DNA from: Botryllus schlosseri
Lineage: Eukaryota
Assembly (NCBI GenBank): GCA_051294905.1
Contig: CM119386.1
Location: 5,580,001 to 5,644,000, forward strand
Length of the DNA: 64,000 nt
Reading direction: 5' to 3'
This document shows positions 22,249-36,800 of the stretch, piece after piece. Numbering within the stretch: the first letter of the stretch is position 1; every line of letters starts with the position of its first letter. The position numbers and the translations under genes are program-made. Below the pieces are notes generated by a model. That model did no database searches. It was given only the letters and a program-made list of their open reading frames with translations, and had not been told where the DNA came from.

Positions 22249-24859
22249 CAGTGCTTTTCAACCTGTGTGACGGTTCGCACCTGTGCGAATGAAAAAATTT
22301 GCAGTGCGAATGACGAGCGTGGTGCGAACGGTGCGAATGAAAATCCCGGATGAGTGCGAACGACGAAGGTGGTGCGAACGGTGCGAATGAAAATCCCGTA
22401 TGAGTGCGAATGAAAATCGTGAATAATAATAGTCAATTTTTCTGGCATGGAATAATTCAAATATACCTTATACGAAATTCAACGGCAGTGTAACATTTGT
22501 TGTTGCGACGCAATTGTAAAAACTTGTTTAAGTTACGACGCACCACTAGTCGTAGCTCTCACAAGCCGTAATGAATTAATATTTTCGCACTATAATTATG
22601 GCGTAGCCGAAAGCTTGGTTTGGAAGCTGGTGTAGTGGCGGACTTGCGTCGAAATGCCAATCTCCATAACAATGAAAAATTCGAGGCTGATTGTGGGTGT
22701 TCCAGAACCACGTGCAGATTCAGCTTTCGATTGATATCCGTTTTACCAAATTTAATGCTCGGTAAGCCGGTCAAAAATGACCGTCAAATTGCCTGTAGCC
22801 AAATGGAAATTGTGACGTGAATCGATTTCACTGAGCCGTGAGATTTGCTTGTGTCGACACCATATAGGACACTATGATTAAAGTATGGACTGCAAAAGAT
22901 ATAACTTGGATCGACAGGGTGCCAGAGCTAACTGTTAATATTTATGTAATATTAGTTGAATTTATTGCAAAAATCCTCCGATAGTTGATACAAATCTAAG
23001 GTCACGGTGTTGGGTACTGGAGCGAATAAGCTTTATCATGAGAATTCATTATAATATTTGCCCGACTGTTTTTTCTGGAAAACATGGTCGAAGACCGTTG
23101 GGATGAACTACTGTAGTTACTAGGGATGTGCAACGAGCGAGTTCACGTCTATGAGACTCATTCATTTCGAGGTCAACCCTTTCTGCGTCGGGTCACATGA
23201 AGACGGAAAGTTTTGGTCAACAAACGGCTGATAGAATGCGGTGCCAAAACATGAGCGTCACTAAAACCTTGGCCAAAAATGACCGATACTGGATGGTCAA
23301 TTCATCCGATATGAATATGCTCCGTTGTCAGCGCGGAATAGTCCCGTTCTTGCTAACTGAGTGTAGACAGTAGTACAAACTGCGACACGAAAAGGAATTT
23401 AATACACCCGAATTTGAAATCGCGTGCGTCAGACATATTCAGTAGAGCTGTGTTGGATAGAATTGTTGTGTGCGCGTTCTGTATGTCATGTATGTCCGTC
23501 ACATCATAGCATACTATTGTAATATTAAAAATGAATTCCTTTTTATGGGTGAGGCTCGGGTCGCGAAATGACACAAAAACTCAGATTTTGGTGGTAGTCT
23601 AAATAACTGCTTAAACGTTATTAAACTGTCATGAATTCTCAAGTTAGATTGAGCTAAAGAGCAGAACACACAGTATGGTGAGTTTATTAGCTCTTACCAC
23701 ATACTCGCGAGACAGAAAATGTGAAATCGAAAAGAAAGTTGGAGTAACGGATCATACGGTAGCGGGCGCTATTGTGCCTACTCTTCTTGATCTATGGGAC
23801 CTTATATTCCCAGACATAAGGCAAAAGCCCCAACACAAACAGGTATATATATATCGGCTTTTCAATTAGATAAAATAAAAATGAAAAGGGCAAAAGAAAA
23901 CAGGAAACAAAAAAACATCGAGATAATCAGTTTTAGGCTCGTATTAAGCGTCTCCAACGTAGGCGGTCGTGGGCGTCTGCAAGCGACAGCCAGCGTTGCG
24001 CTAGGTCAGTCTCCATTGTCGAGCGCCATGTTTTCCGATTCCAGCCACCTCTGCGCCATGGCTTCGTGGGAATGTGATTGATGATGGCGGCGGCTGGTTG
24101 CTCGTCTTGATGCCGCACTAGATGGCCGATTAGGCGGAAGCGTCGTTCAGCTGCCAGTAGACGGCATGGGACCGTTCCTGTGAGTTCTCGCAATGCATTC
24201 GTGGATATATGCTCCGGATGGTGAATGCCGAGTGCATAGCGGAGGAGTGCGTCGTAGTTAGCGTTGAGCGTCTTAGCCAGCTTCTCTGTCAGCGTGAGTG
24301 CCTCTATTCCGTAGAGAAGAACCTGCTCGACAGTGGCACGGAAGATACGGGTCTTGAGCTGGGTTGAGGCACTTGAATGGAAGAGGCTATGTAGCCGTCT
24401 TGCCGCGCCCCAGGCCTTTTCTCGCCTCGCCTTGAGCGCTTTTCCAGAGTCGGCGACGTCAATACCGAGGGTGAGTTATTCGCACTTCCGAAACGCTGTA
24501 GCCTCCTAGACCTTTTTGTCAGCTCTCAAAATCGATTTTGTCCAGCAAGCATTTTCACTCTTGAAAAATACGCTGTATGTTGGATAGGAGTGCAGAGCAG
24601 ACTTCAAGACCTGGTCATCCAAGCACTAGTAGAATGGACTTAGTGAAATAGTTGAAATCAAAACGAGCGAAAATAGTAGCCTATTTAATAAGGCACTTAA
24701 TAGCTTAAGATAGATAGTAGCCAATTTGTTGCACATCTGAGCAAATAAATGTTTTATTTTCATCTTCCTTTTGTATAACAATATTCGGTTAGTTTGTGCG
24801 CATGAAATTTATTTTACAAAAAAAGTGCGAATGAAGCTCAAAAAGGTTGAAAAGCACTG
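22249..24859. mobile_element. Non-autonomous hAT (Charlie/Buster-like) element with GTGCGAA repeats
   Basis: TIRs CAGTGCTTTTCAACC / GGTTGAAAAGCACTG; perfect palindromic TSD GCCTAGGC. Possible hATC remnant (QQAFSLLK..SRL) near 24530-24650. Confidence 0.88.
23933..24475 (-). mobile_element. 5'-truncated RTE-clade non-LTR retrotransposon (C-terminal ORF region), nested in the hAT element
   Basis: Open frame 24475-23933: LGIDVADSGKALKARREKAWGAARRL...KTRIFRATVEQVLLYGIEALTLT...RRFRLIGHLVRH...RRGG..RKTW...DRLRWRR. No TSD identified; the 3' UTR extends left by an uncertain distance. Confidence 0.8.
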
Positions 24860-25469
24860 GCCTAGGCGATATAAAGGGGAGGCATGCACAATGCACATAC
24901 ATACACACAATGCGATATAGAAGACACACAACTTAGGAATGATCAGATAGGAGGATGCCGAATTCTGGACAAATTTACTGTCAAATGGGAGTGATATACC
25001 GTGAATCAGTACTGAAGTAAAGCTCCGGCCGGTATTTCGGGAGCTGCATGAGCCGGAAAATGACCTTTTTTTAGTCAACCGACCACGAAGTGAGAAAAAT
25101 TTACCATTTTCTCAAGATTTTTCTCCGGAATTCTGGGTTTGAAAATTTTGAAAAGTGACCTCTTTTCCCGATTCCAAAATATCGTAACCCTAAATTTATG
25201 TCTTGTGGCGAATGGCGACAAAGTTTTTCGATCTACCAAAGTTACTTCATATACTTTGGCACTCATTACGCGTTTTATCTCATTAAAAGAATTATAGGAT
25301 GTAGGCTTTCTAAGAGGAATTTTAAGCTTATATTGGATTTGGATTGGATTAGGACATAGAAACTACAAATCAGCTCATCTCTGCTGTATGCAGAAGTGGT
25401 GGAATATAGGTTCTGAATTGGGCCATCTCAATCAATCAACAGATTTTATTTTCATCTCCCCAAGACGCA

Positions 25470-25750
25470 CGCCACACACAATATATATAATGCGATATAC
25501 AAGACACACAGTGCGGTGTAAATAACATGTCCACCTCAACCTAGTGCTCGCGATGTCCCCGTATTCTTCGACGGTCCTTTTATAGAAGCTATCTCTTGCT
25601 CTTTTCCTTTCTTTTTCCTGGGCCTTTTTTTAGCCGTAATAACAACGACACGGGGGACGAGGAGCCCAGAATAACCTCCGAGGCCGGGAATCCAACCTAG
25701 GCAGCCTGCTTGGATGTCCCCGACGCTCACCACTACGCTATATCTCGCTT
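25470..25750 (-). mobile_element. tRNA-derived SINE, family B
   Basis: A-box TAGCGTAGTGG, B-box-like GGTTGGATTCCC; body similar to 48790-49132. Confidence 0.6.
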
Positions 25751-26189
25751 ATCGTGAGCTCTGGTGATTGCTTGGGTCTGCAACAGATTTCTTCACAGGC
25801 CGGATGAAATCGTCTGCCGGGCCGTATCCGGTCCGCCGGCCGTGTGTTTGACAACCGTGCTATACCGTTTGGTCGGTGCGGTTATCTGTTTATGTGTTGT
25901 AAGCAGGTTCGACAAAACATCATTTCAGCCCCCTTCCGCCCAAAACGCACTGATCTTGACCCATCGTAGGGTAATCGATGACACGTCTTGGGGGATTACT
26001 ACATGCATCTGGTTGTTACATTTTGTAAATTAATTATGTCAAAAATATTGGTTCCCATATATTACTGTAAATTGCAGTAGCAGGTTTACACATCCGGTGG
26101 TTTCCCACCTTTTATGGTAACGCCCTTATTTCCAATTTGAAAATGTTCTGTGGTCCAGCTCAAAAATCGATAAGCTGATTAGTGATTAC

Positions 26190-27070
26190 TAGGCCAAATT
26201 TTGTGTTTGCACTATAGTCGCGAGAAAGTTCCATTTAATTTTACCAAAAGTTGCGGTAAAAAGTTGCATTTATATTTTTTGTTGAATTATTAGGGTATGA
26301 GATACTCGAAAGGTACCGTTGTACAACCTGGTTCCTGCAGAGCTGTCAAATTTGTTGATTTATTGCCATTTAACGCACGGTTTCACTCAACCGCCAAAAA
26401 TTCCATATTTTTCCGGCACATAGCAAAAAAATTACGCAATGTGGGAATATAATTTCCCCAAAAAAGCATAGCGATACCCCCCCCTTAAAACAAGTCAAAA
26501 AACACACCCTAAACCTCTTATAGTTCTGTAAACTTGACCTAAGGCATTACAGAAAACCTCACTCTCGGTGACTTTAACAAAAGCAATAGCCTGAAAAAGG
26601 TGACTCAGTGAAACTGTAATTTTTGGCGTCTCGCTTGCATGCTCCTGAAATGAAAAATGATCTCAAATTTAAACGACAGAATTACTAAAGCGATTTATGT
26701 TCAAATTGTTTGGACACGGTGGTTCTTGTCAGGGGTAGTTGAACTTCTTGCTTGCAAGCCATTGTACCATAGATAACAGTGAGATGCAGCTAACCCATCA
26801 TAAAGCTCTTTGTCTTGCATATCAAAGAGATTAGAATCATACTAGAAATAGTTTCTAGCTTTTGTTAAAATCACTCCCTTACATTTATAGCAATATTTGA
26901 TAAAAGTTGCCGTAAAAATTGGCATGAAAAATAGAGCAAAGTTGCAAAAAGTTGCACCCTAAAATCCCTCCAAATAGCTTAGAACATCCTATAGTCAATA
27001 GATTCTGAGTATGTAGGAAGTTGTCGAAAGCTGTAAAAAAAAGTTGCAAAAGTTACAAAAACTTGCCCTT
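26190..27070. mobile_element. hAT-type MITE with AAAAGTTGC repeats
   Basis: Ends TAGGCCAAATTTT / AAAACTTGCCCTT; perfect TSD GTGATTAC (26182-26189, 27071-27078). Confidence 0.8.
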
Positions 27071-28210
27071 GTGATTACTAAAGAGGTCAGCTTGCCCAGT
27101 CTTACTCACGGCCTATTTTGGAAGCTGATAGCGTTCAACATCTTTGCGATTCCCTGAATGAAAGCATCCAATCGGCCTTAACCAACTATAGAAATATACC
27201 GTTATCTTATAATTTAGATTACAATTAGACTTATTTCCGTATATGACGGTCATTTTTATGTATGTTTGCGAGGGCGGTGCATGGCCCTGGTTCCCATATT
27301 AAAATCAATATACGTTGCATTAAATCGCGGCCAGCGCGAAGAAAAATTTCAAATAGCTTAAATCTGCTTAAACATAATCTTATTCCTGTTGATTTACGAA
27401 AAAAATTTGAGCCTACTTCAAGCCTTCAAATTCCGAGCATTTATGCATAATTTAGAATTTCCTACCGGATGCAGTTTGAACAGTGTAATTCCGGACATGG
27501 CCGGGAAAATCCGGACGTATGGCAACCCTAGCTAGATTCATTCATTGAGCAGACACCGTGTTTATGATACGGATCCGTTGTTGCGTAGAACCAACATATC
27601 ACGCCACAATGTTCAAGTTTACAATTTGTAAGGAAGAGGCGAAGGTGTCTTTCGCCCACTGGTGACGCCTATGCCGGCATCCTCTCGATAGGGGACTTGA
27701 ATGTTAACATCGAAATGTCGAGAATAGTTGTAGTGGTGTACAATTATAGATTTTAGCTGTGGCGGATTAGTTATCCATAGTAAGGGTCAGCGGTGAAGTT
27801 ATAGAATCATAGCCGGTTGAGTCAGTACCGTCGGTATTACACTGCTCGAGTAGTCAGTGAATACCGGATTTCATTACTGACCAATGGTCAATGAACTCGA
27901 GTGAAAGAATATCACTGCGCGAGCACAGTAACGATCTCGTAGCTAATGGGCCTATACCCTAAGTAGGCTACGCCTACTTACGCCAACGTACGAGCAATTA
28001 GCAACTAGTTGCGGGAATTGCAACTATGTTTTTTGGTTATCTATGAGAACTTTCCTCGTTCTACCTGGAATGATTGACAGGATACCTAGTTATTCATAGT
28101 TGGTTTATCTCTCTTAGAAGTTTCACTTTCGACTAAATATATTTCTCCTGTCAGCGCCATCTTGTGGGGCAAGGTTATGAGAGCATATGCAAAACATTTT
28201 CGGCCGTTTG

Positions 28211-28250
28211 ACTATAGATAACTAACATACGTAGGTTAGTTATCTATAGT
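28211..28250. repeat. 40-bp palindrome (1 mismatch); partial second copy at 47475-47509
   Basis: ACTATAGATAACTAACATAC|GTAGGTTAGTTATCTATAGT. Confidence 0.85.
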
Positions 28251-31200
28251 TTGACCGTCTCTATATTATATAGGCCTATCATTGACTTGCGGAGCCTTGT
28301 TGTTTAGCCTGTGCGTTTGGTCGAATGGAAAAATATTTTGCAGATGATCAGTTGCATTTCCTCTACTCTCTTTCACTCAAAGTTTTGACAACTTCAGTAG
28401 AACATCTGCTGGTGAAACTATCTCGTATGCCAGGCTTAGACGTAGATTTAATCATGAAATCAGAATTCTGTTGACGTGGAGTAGCTTGGTCGCTTTGTTC
28501 CCGTTTACAAATAATGACATAATTGAAGGAGAATGACGCTAACCAATTTGTGACTTGAAACGGCTCATTTGAGATTCGATTGCAAATCATACCCGGTGTA
28601 ACATGCAAAAAACTTTATTTGAAACTGTAGGATGTGTTGACCATTCGTGATCTGTTATTGCTCAGAAAGTAGGCAGCAATGCCCGCGGTCAGTATAGGGT
28701 CTTCTTTCACCAATTTAGTCGACATGGTTCTTGTCTTGGTAGATGAATAGTTACATAACATCGAGATTGCGTTTGTATCAAAGTATCTCCAGTTCGCCAC
28801 TGCTCATCATCTGCAAAGCACAAGTCAATCAAACGGTCATAAGGCTATAGTTCGAGTTAGTCTACACTCCACCGTTTTTTTTTTATACCGGGTAGGCATA
28901 AACATGATCAATTGATCATCTTTTTATTTTCTTTTGGCTGTCCGCCAACATATTTATTGCTTAAATAATTTCAAAACATATAATTTATATTTATATTTGT
29001 CACGCGCACTCGCATTCATACGCATGAAATATGCAAACACGATGCACACACTCTCACATACACATTCTGATTTCGCCACGTTCTTTTGCTTTTCATCTTG
29101 GGTACGCATGGATAATTGTGAAACTAAGGCAATTGCTTTACTGCAGCTAGAATCCTTCGATATTACGGTGATCTCAATCGGTTGGCAGTGTCCTACGTCG
29201 TATTAAATTACACATGCAATCTCTTGGGAGCTGAACGAGGTCGATATCTACGACGTTATGCTGAGACAACGCGCCGATTCATTGCGTTGTAGGACTTGTG
29301 CACTGTACTCGATTAAGAAAACATTTACAGTACCGTCAGTGCCTGTTATTTCTACCGTAATATGAATCGCCGCGGGACATATTCCTGACTTATCACCCCG
29401 GCCAAGTTGCACTCTGACAAATTGTCTGAAATAAGTAGGATTGCGATTCGCGAAGAAGGCGACCGTGCTCGAGAAAACCCACTTTCATAAGGTATTATAG
29501 ATATTAATACGAGAAGTATACTGCCAATCCAACTACATGCAGCTGCAGGCTGATCCGCTATCCTACGAAATTTCCAAGTCAAAAGTCATCATATTGCAGA
29601 ATTGTTTTGTCGCGAGGGACCCATTTTGCCAAATTGCCAAATTTTAGGGGTTGCTACATGTTGGAGTTGTAGACAAGTTACGCACGAGTATTCATGGTTT
29701 CTCAGAAAAAACTATCTTGCTATAATTAGAAAAAATGTGCACACTGAGTGTACCCGTCACTTTTATCGACCGCTTCGTGACTTCTTGCCTTCTACACACC
29801 GTGCATTTGTTTTCCCTATTGTATAGCGCATCGTAGGTCAGCGCGAGGCCTCTGTGTGGAAGTCAGGCGAAGTTAAGGAAGGAGCTGTGCATTTCATTAT
29901 AATGCAACCAGATCGACATTATAGAGAATCCAGAATGTGATGTAGCCCGGAGGTTGGTTATCGTGACGTATGTCTACAATACGGAACAATAATAAGCTCA
30001 CACGTGTTTCTGATGAAAATTCAGCGAGAATATAATAGTGAAACAAAGTGTGTATAAGATATACAAAACCGGGTTCATTTGCCTAGCATCTAAAGAATGC
30101 CAAGAAATAGCCCGAGGTAATAAAAGAATGTTCGAATTTTATCGAGACGTCAAAGGAAATACATAACTGGTCGATGCGACCACTACGATGTCAGACGTCT
30201 TCCGTTAAATTCAAGGTATTCTGCAGTGATTGGATAGAAAATATATTAATTTACTTTACTCCGAGGTCGACTGCACGCGGTGAAAGAGTTCTTTAGATGT
30301 TATGTAGCTATGTAGACATGTTCTTATCCAGTCGAGGAAAATGCTGAACTTGAGCCTCTGGTAATTGGAGTTTTTGTCAAGCTCCGTTTGGTTTTACCAG
30401 CGATCTATTGAATTAGGAGCGATTTGCTTGTTTGAATACATCTATTCTATGGGCAAATTTTCTCCGCTATGTCTTTCTGGGATCGGTTCTCGCCTCACTG
30501 CTTCTGAAACAGCTCACGTGAGCAGTGCTCCTGCTGGCCATAGGAATCCTATTGCATTTGTTTTATGTTCTCGGAATGAGTTAGTGCTATTTCCGTCTCG
30601 CGCGTAATCGTGAAACTATACCGCTTGTTTTCTAGTGTGTACCACTTTTCCTTGTCGTATTAGGCAGTACTTTCTTGAAATAACAGCGCATCTCGGGTGA
30701 TTCTGGAGAATCAAAGACAGGAAAGGTTGCATTGGGTTCATTTAATCTGGATACATCGTCAATATAGAATGAATGATATTTCACTATACATAAATTTTCC
30801 TCGTATACTTACAATAGGGAATAATTGCTCGATATACTATACGTGACAAGAAGTTTTGACTCTTTTGTGGTCAATTTATAAACCATATATAATCAATCAT
30901 CATATGCATATAGATTTGATGACGATGTCGTATATGCTAAGATTGATCTGCCAATATGTCATACGAGTTCTAAAGAAATTGCAAATACAAGGTGTCGGAT
31001 TAATGTCCAAACCGGAAGCTGATGCGTAGACAAATACGCACACCATTACAATAAATTACTGGTTGTATGAGGTATTAAAATAGTCTATTAGCTCGAGATA
31101 ATCACTACCTCTACACGTAGGAACTCGCTGGCGATATAGGCCTACACGCAGCCATGATTCGGTATTCCTCGAACTAATGTAACTAACATCCAACGTATTC

Positions 31201-33804
31201 GTAAATGAACAAATCCTATTTGTTTATTGTCGAAAATATACAGCATACATATACCATACGATACGACCGAAAACAGCCTGCTTTGGAATAGCTGTTGTTT
31301 GTGTCGAATGTGACGTGCAAATACATTGGATGCAGTAGCGTAACCTGCGTATCGTCACGGCGGCATTTTGCTTCGCTCAACTGTGCGTTTGATGGGTGCA
31401 TTGCATACTCCGGAGAGTGCGCAACTGCGCATTCACAATTGCACGCTAAATTCAACTCGTTTTTAGATGCCGCGTGAATTTATTTACTGAATTTGTAGTG
31501 TCTTAGAGTGGCTAAGTTGATTGGTCGATGCTAGTGAGTCAGCTTCCCACGTGAATTCATATGTAGGTGTGAAAACGCTTTTGTATCAATTTCTCAGACT
31601 TTGCCGCTGCTGTACCGCAGTTGTTGATTATTCCGAGTATGAAAAATGGTATCCAGTAGCCTAAAAAGGCATTTTTATTGTAAAGCGGATGATTTCAAAT
31701 GAATTAGCGATTGATTTGTACGTTACCATGAACAGAAGCGCGGCAATAATTAAGTTACTGCTAAGAACGAAATCAAGCAGTTTCATTCAAGTATTCCCGT
31801 TTATGGAAACTGCCGTATGTGGTCTATCTGTTCTAGTGGTTTTCACTGAAATCTGATATTCAGCTCAAATAAGTGGTACTTTATTCTGCGTAGGTGTCCC
31901 TGTAATGAACTGAACAGTGTGCGATTTGACTTGGCCTCGCCAGAGAGTGGATATAGGGTTCCGTTGGAAATAGAGACTCATAGTGTGGATGTTTCTTCAT
32001 GGAAAGCCGATTTCGCTAATCTGTGGGGAATGAGGAAAAATCCTTCGCTGGTGATTTCATCGGTCTTTGTTAAACCACCCGCGTATAATGTCAGCGCAGG
32101 AAAACATAATGTTGCAGTTGGCGCATACAGAGTGTTGTCAGAAGTGTGGACTGTGGAGTCGTGAATGAGAGCTAATTTCTCGATAACTGCTGTGCCAAGT
32201 CGGCGGTTTCATTTGCTTTATCCAATATCGCGATAGTTTGCTACGTATCATAAGTATAACATAGAGAGCTGTAAAATATCGCTGAATTCCGACTATAAGT
32301 CAGGAAACGTGCTGCATGATAATAGTAACAAGCAATAAGGATTCATTTTATGAAAGATCTTGAACTTCCGGAATGTTTTGGCACTTCTCACCATTGTGCA
32401 ATTGTTCATAATTACGAATTGTCGCGTTTAGCAGTTAACAACGTAGCATTAGTACGTTAGTATACTCGTCTAGACTTGGAGGGTTGCGGTTCACACCGCA
32501 CAAAAGCGCGAATGCATTGGATTGAGTACTGCGATTTATATCGGCTTGGTAAGAAGGGCTAATGCTGTATTATTGATAAGTCGCGAATAACGTTAATGTG
32601 AGTTACATATGAACACTCGATTGGCACCATTGCGAGAATGTTTAGTCGGGGACTACGATATCGTAGGCCCCGGTTTAGCATTTGTATGCTAAACATTGGT
32701 AATCCGAGTTGCCAGGCTTGTATAAACTACCGATCTAGTTTGGTGACCGTCAACTAACTACTGATTTTTATTAGTTCTATTTCTAGTTCTAGTGGCGAAT
32801 TTTGATAAGTAAGTCGTTTTATTTCTACTTCTAATTGCTGACTTTGGAAAGTGAGCAGATTTAGTTCTAGTTCTAGTATAATTTAGTATCACAACTACAA
32901 AACATGTGTCGTCGTTTGGCGTGAATCGCACTATACCGGTTTTCTGTTATGTGATGTTCTTGCATGCAGCCATTGCTGACGCAGAGTTATCACTGCTAAT
33001 AGTGGTATAGCCAGGCGTGAGGTATGGAGCTGAAACCCCTTTCATTTCAGACTCGAGACCCCGTCATTTTGAAATAGCTATTCTATCTGCAACACTTCTT
33101 AGCTCATATACAATTCAGTAATTCGTATTATCGGCTACTAATTAGTTGAGGATTTTGAAAGGTCATTAGCTCTAGCTTCTAGATGCCAGATATGCAATGC
33201 ACCAGGATTGTTTTTGAGAACATTTTGGCCCGTACTTGTCGAGTAGCAATTGATGCCGAACAAAGCATGATGGGTTGTGATTGCGTGTTGGTGTGGAAAA
33301 TACGTCATGGGGTAGCCTTGTAGCTGCTTGGAGTTAGAGCAACATCTACATGCGTGAAAACACTGCGACCATACCATTCTGTTAGCGATAGAACGTGACA
33401 GAGAAATTGCTGGCGCAAGGTGTCTTGCGACAAAGGGGAAGTCGTCACAGATCATTTCACCGATAGATGAGGGTACCAACTAATGATATCTAAACTTGAG
33501 ACACCGATATCTAATCCGGATAGAGACAAACGCTAGCTCGAAACAGAAAACATATTTACGAACAGAAAAGTATTTGTTATTGTCTTAAGGAAGAAAGGAG
33601 TGCCGGGATTCTAAAAGTTCATTTGTCTCAACCTTCTTAGTAGTAACCACTCGCGAAGTGTAGGCTGATAGGATAGTCAAATACATAATGACATCTCTTC
33701 CGTTGTATAATCTGATGAATATTCTGTATTCTTGTTTTAGTTGCGGTGCATTGAAAAATAGCAATCATACAATTGTACTGCCTGGGAATAGAAACCCTCG
33801 GTCA

Positions 33805-36800
33805 ATGATGTTTTCAAAATCGAAGAAACAAAAGTCTCAAAATGCTGTCCCGGAGCCCAAATTACGTGGCATGCCCGCGCTGAAGCAAATGAGATCCTCG
33901 AAAAGGGAGGAATTCCTGTCGAAAAAGTCCAAAAATGCCATGCCAACCCTTTCCGGTAAGTACGTACTATAATTTACGTTGCTTTTTGTATGTAATTACC
34001 CTACAATATTGATGTGAAATGGGACATTTGAATGTTAGGTCGATTTTGAGCAACGCTATAATTTGAATTTTTAAACCACCGGACTCGTCTTGTAGTTCTG
34101 TAATTCCACCTCTGATTGCTGCGTTTAGTCTTTTTCCAACGTGCTAATGCGTCTCGCACTTTACTGAAAGGCTTTCATTTATTGAGCTAAGATGAGGTAC
34201 ATAATACCCAAGCTCATCTTAGTATGAGGCTGGTGTAAGAAGTGCCGGAGCCAAATCGCATTGTTTAGTTCGGCGGACAGTCTTTTCGTCTTTGAAGATC
34301 AAAAAATGAACAACCACATATAATAGATGACCACTCGAAAAGCAGAATTCTATGACACTTACTTTTACGTGACTGGTCTCGCGAAATTAGCGAATTTAAA
34401 GGGATATTAATAATTACGAATAGAAAGTGTCCAATAAACGCTCAATCATGGAAATCGAATGTATCCGATTGAAGAAGTTTTTAATGATTTAGATTGCTTG
34501 TCAGACATCAAACTATGTTTACGGGGTAGCTTTCAATGTACTGAGATACCCCCAATCCCGTTAAATGACATCCAAATTACGGAGAAATAGCGAACGGTTG
34601 TCAGTGTATATTATTTTGCTGGGTCCGAAATGCGGGCGTATAGCTGTGATTTGGCGAGTTTATAACGTGTGCTAATGCAAAATTGTCGAGCGCAAGCGCG
34701 TTCTATGAAATAACAACTAGAACTCCTCCAAATAAAACTCATCCGAACTCTGTCGCGCTAAGTACAAATCCAACAGTCCGAGAAATTCAAAATTGGAGTT
34801 TACAGCTCCTGTGAGATGTGACGACTATTTGACATGATATCGATGCGTGAGACTATAATCCAAAATAGAAAAGAGCTCTGATTAACTCTTTGCAGTGCAT
34901 TCTTTCACGATATCTTCATATACATATACACGTATTTATGCGCTTACGATTTCCGTACACCGGATTTTCTGTTGATGGCGCAAACAGCACACATCGGAAT
35001 AAAGTAGGTGTTATCGTTAATATGAGAATTCTATTGGGACTCATACCTCATGAAGCATATCAGTCTCCCGAATTCGCATGTATGGATTTGTAGACCTATG
35101 CAGACTGTTGTGTAAGCGGCACATTCGATTTTGCCCATACAGGAACCATTGACGATGGAAGGGAAGGGGTCGAATGTATAATAGAGTACGAAATCCAAGA
35201 TTATGTAACGTTTTTCTTGTCCAAAGTCAAGCCAATCAATATATTCCGCCAATAAGCTATTGCTTCACTCGCCTATTCTATTAATGCAAAGTGAGCGTGG
35301 TAGTAAACTATACGTAGCGAAACCAGACAAGATATTTTAGGGTTGTTCGTGTGGTCGATACTCACTGTAGCGAAACATCCTATCAGGTTTTATGGACGTA
35401 CCAGCGGCGTATCGCATGCGCAGAAATACTAATGCCCAAAGGGATATACCTGTCTATACGCCGTTAAGGATTTGAATCTTTAATATACAATATACTCCGG
35501 GCAACGATATGTTTTATCACAATTGACTTCAGTAGAATACTAACATTAAGGTTGGTTGATGTATCTGCAAAACTGTAACTGACTTTTTGCTCCAAGTCTT
35601 GGTAGTCCCAATTCCCCGGAAATTAGTAATAAAATCCCCATGACTATGGTAACGAAATATTCTTCAGATTATGAATATCACAAACGAAACTGTTAGAATC
35701 ACAGTATAAGGGTGCGATTGCCGCTTGCGTCTAGAACAGGCTTGTTCTTTGAATTCCTGGCAATCCCCCTTTCCTGGAAAATCGAATCATGTGCCGTGTA
35801 AGGTAAGCAGTCTGGCAAGAGGGATTTATGAATGCTACGCTGCAAATATCGCTATCATCAACAAAGAGCAGACCTCTATTTAGATTTTAGAACGAAGAAG
35901 GATTTGCAGGCTGCTATTGTTGGTCGCAACAAAGACACCAGCCTTGTCTAAGCGTTGACACGCTTCTATTGTGACGCCATGACATTGAATCCTCGCAATA
36001 TTCAAATTTAAATTAGAAAGAAGCCTGAGGCAAGATCGACTATATCCCTTGTGTATGGGACAATGAACAAAACTACCCTACAACCGTAATCATGAGATTT
36101 ATACGGTGTACTGCGCAATATAAATGCTGTTCATGCCGCATTGACCACTCGAAGTCACAGCGATTGTATTTCGATAGAATTCAGATAATACTGTTCCAAC
36201 TGGTCCCTATGGGTCTTCATTAGTGACATACATAGGCACAAAGCACACACTAGAGACCTAGGCCATGCTACACCCTTTAAATGTACACGAGAAATTGTTT
36301 TGGTGACCCGAATCCTCAAATGAAGAAGTGAATATACTAGGGATGGTGTGAACCTCTGAAAGGTTCAGGTTCGTGTGAACGCGAACCTTTTTGAAAGGTT
36401 CTGTGTGAACACGAACGTGAACGTCATGACGTCACGTGACGTCATATTTGTAATTCCAACCCTATATTTCAGTGAAGTGATATATTAATGTACAATAAGA
36501 TATTCAGTGACGACTTGGGCCTCATTATGCCACAATGCTGAAGTACATACTGACTTTTTAATGGTCGCCAAATACATCAACTGGAGCAATCAAATGATGT
36601 AATTATCCCATAAAATCAATGTCTTCCTTCGCTTTGCCAACAATTTCGACGAAGACTTCAAGAATATAAGCTTACGCCGCAAACGGTCTATAGATCAAAC
36701 CGTAATATGTATTCGGCGTCTTAGTACTGCTACATTGATATTGAATAGAATGTAAAAAGGGTTTCTATACTTGCTATACCTATATCATCCCATTAACAAG

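Larger units (their letters stand above)
22116..24900 (-). repeat. L2-like 3' tail split by the 22249-24859 hAT element (pieces 22116-22248 and 24860-24900)
   Basis: Removing the hAT element and one TSD restores TGCATGCCTCCCCTTTATATCGCCTAGGCCAAGGTGGGTGTCTGATTCCATAGAC, as at 53657-53712. Confidence 0.75.

Noticed and set aside
28363-29582. Minus-strand ORFs 28363-28608, 28615-28800 and 29352-29582 as a gene or transposase
   Set aside because: Short, stop-interrupted and with no consistent splice chain. YESGFS faintly recalls the hAT LCESGFS motif but is too weak to call.
31919-32164. 81-aa ORF upstream of the Tyr-motif gene
   Set aside because: TTG start, no motif and no phase-compatible donor identified.
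34187-34222. 10-bp stem hairpin CTAAGATGAG/CTCATCTTAG
   Set aside because: Single copy and short; not clearly beyond chance in 64 kb.
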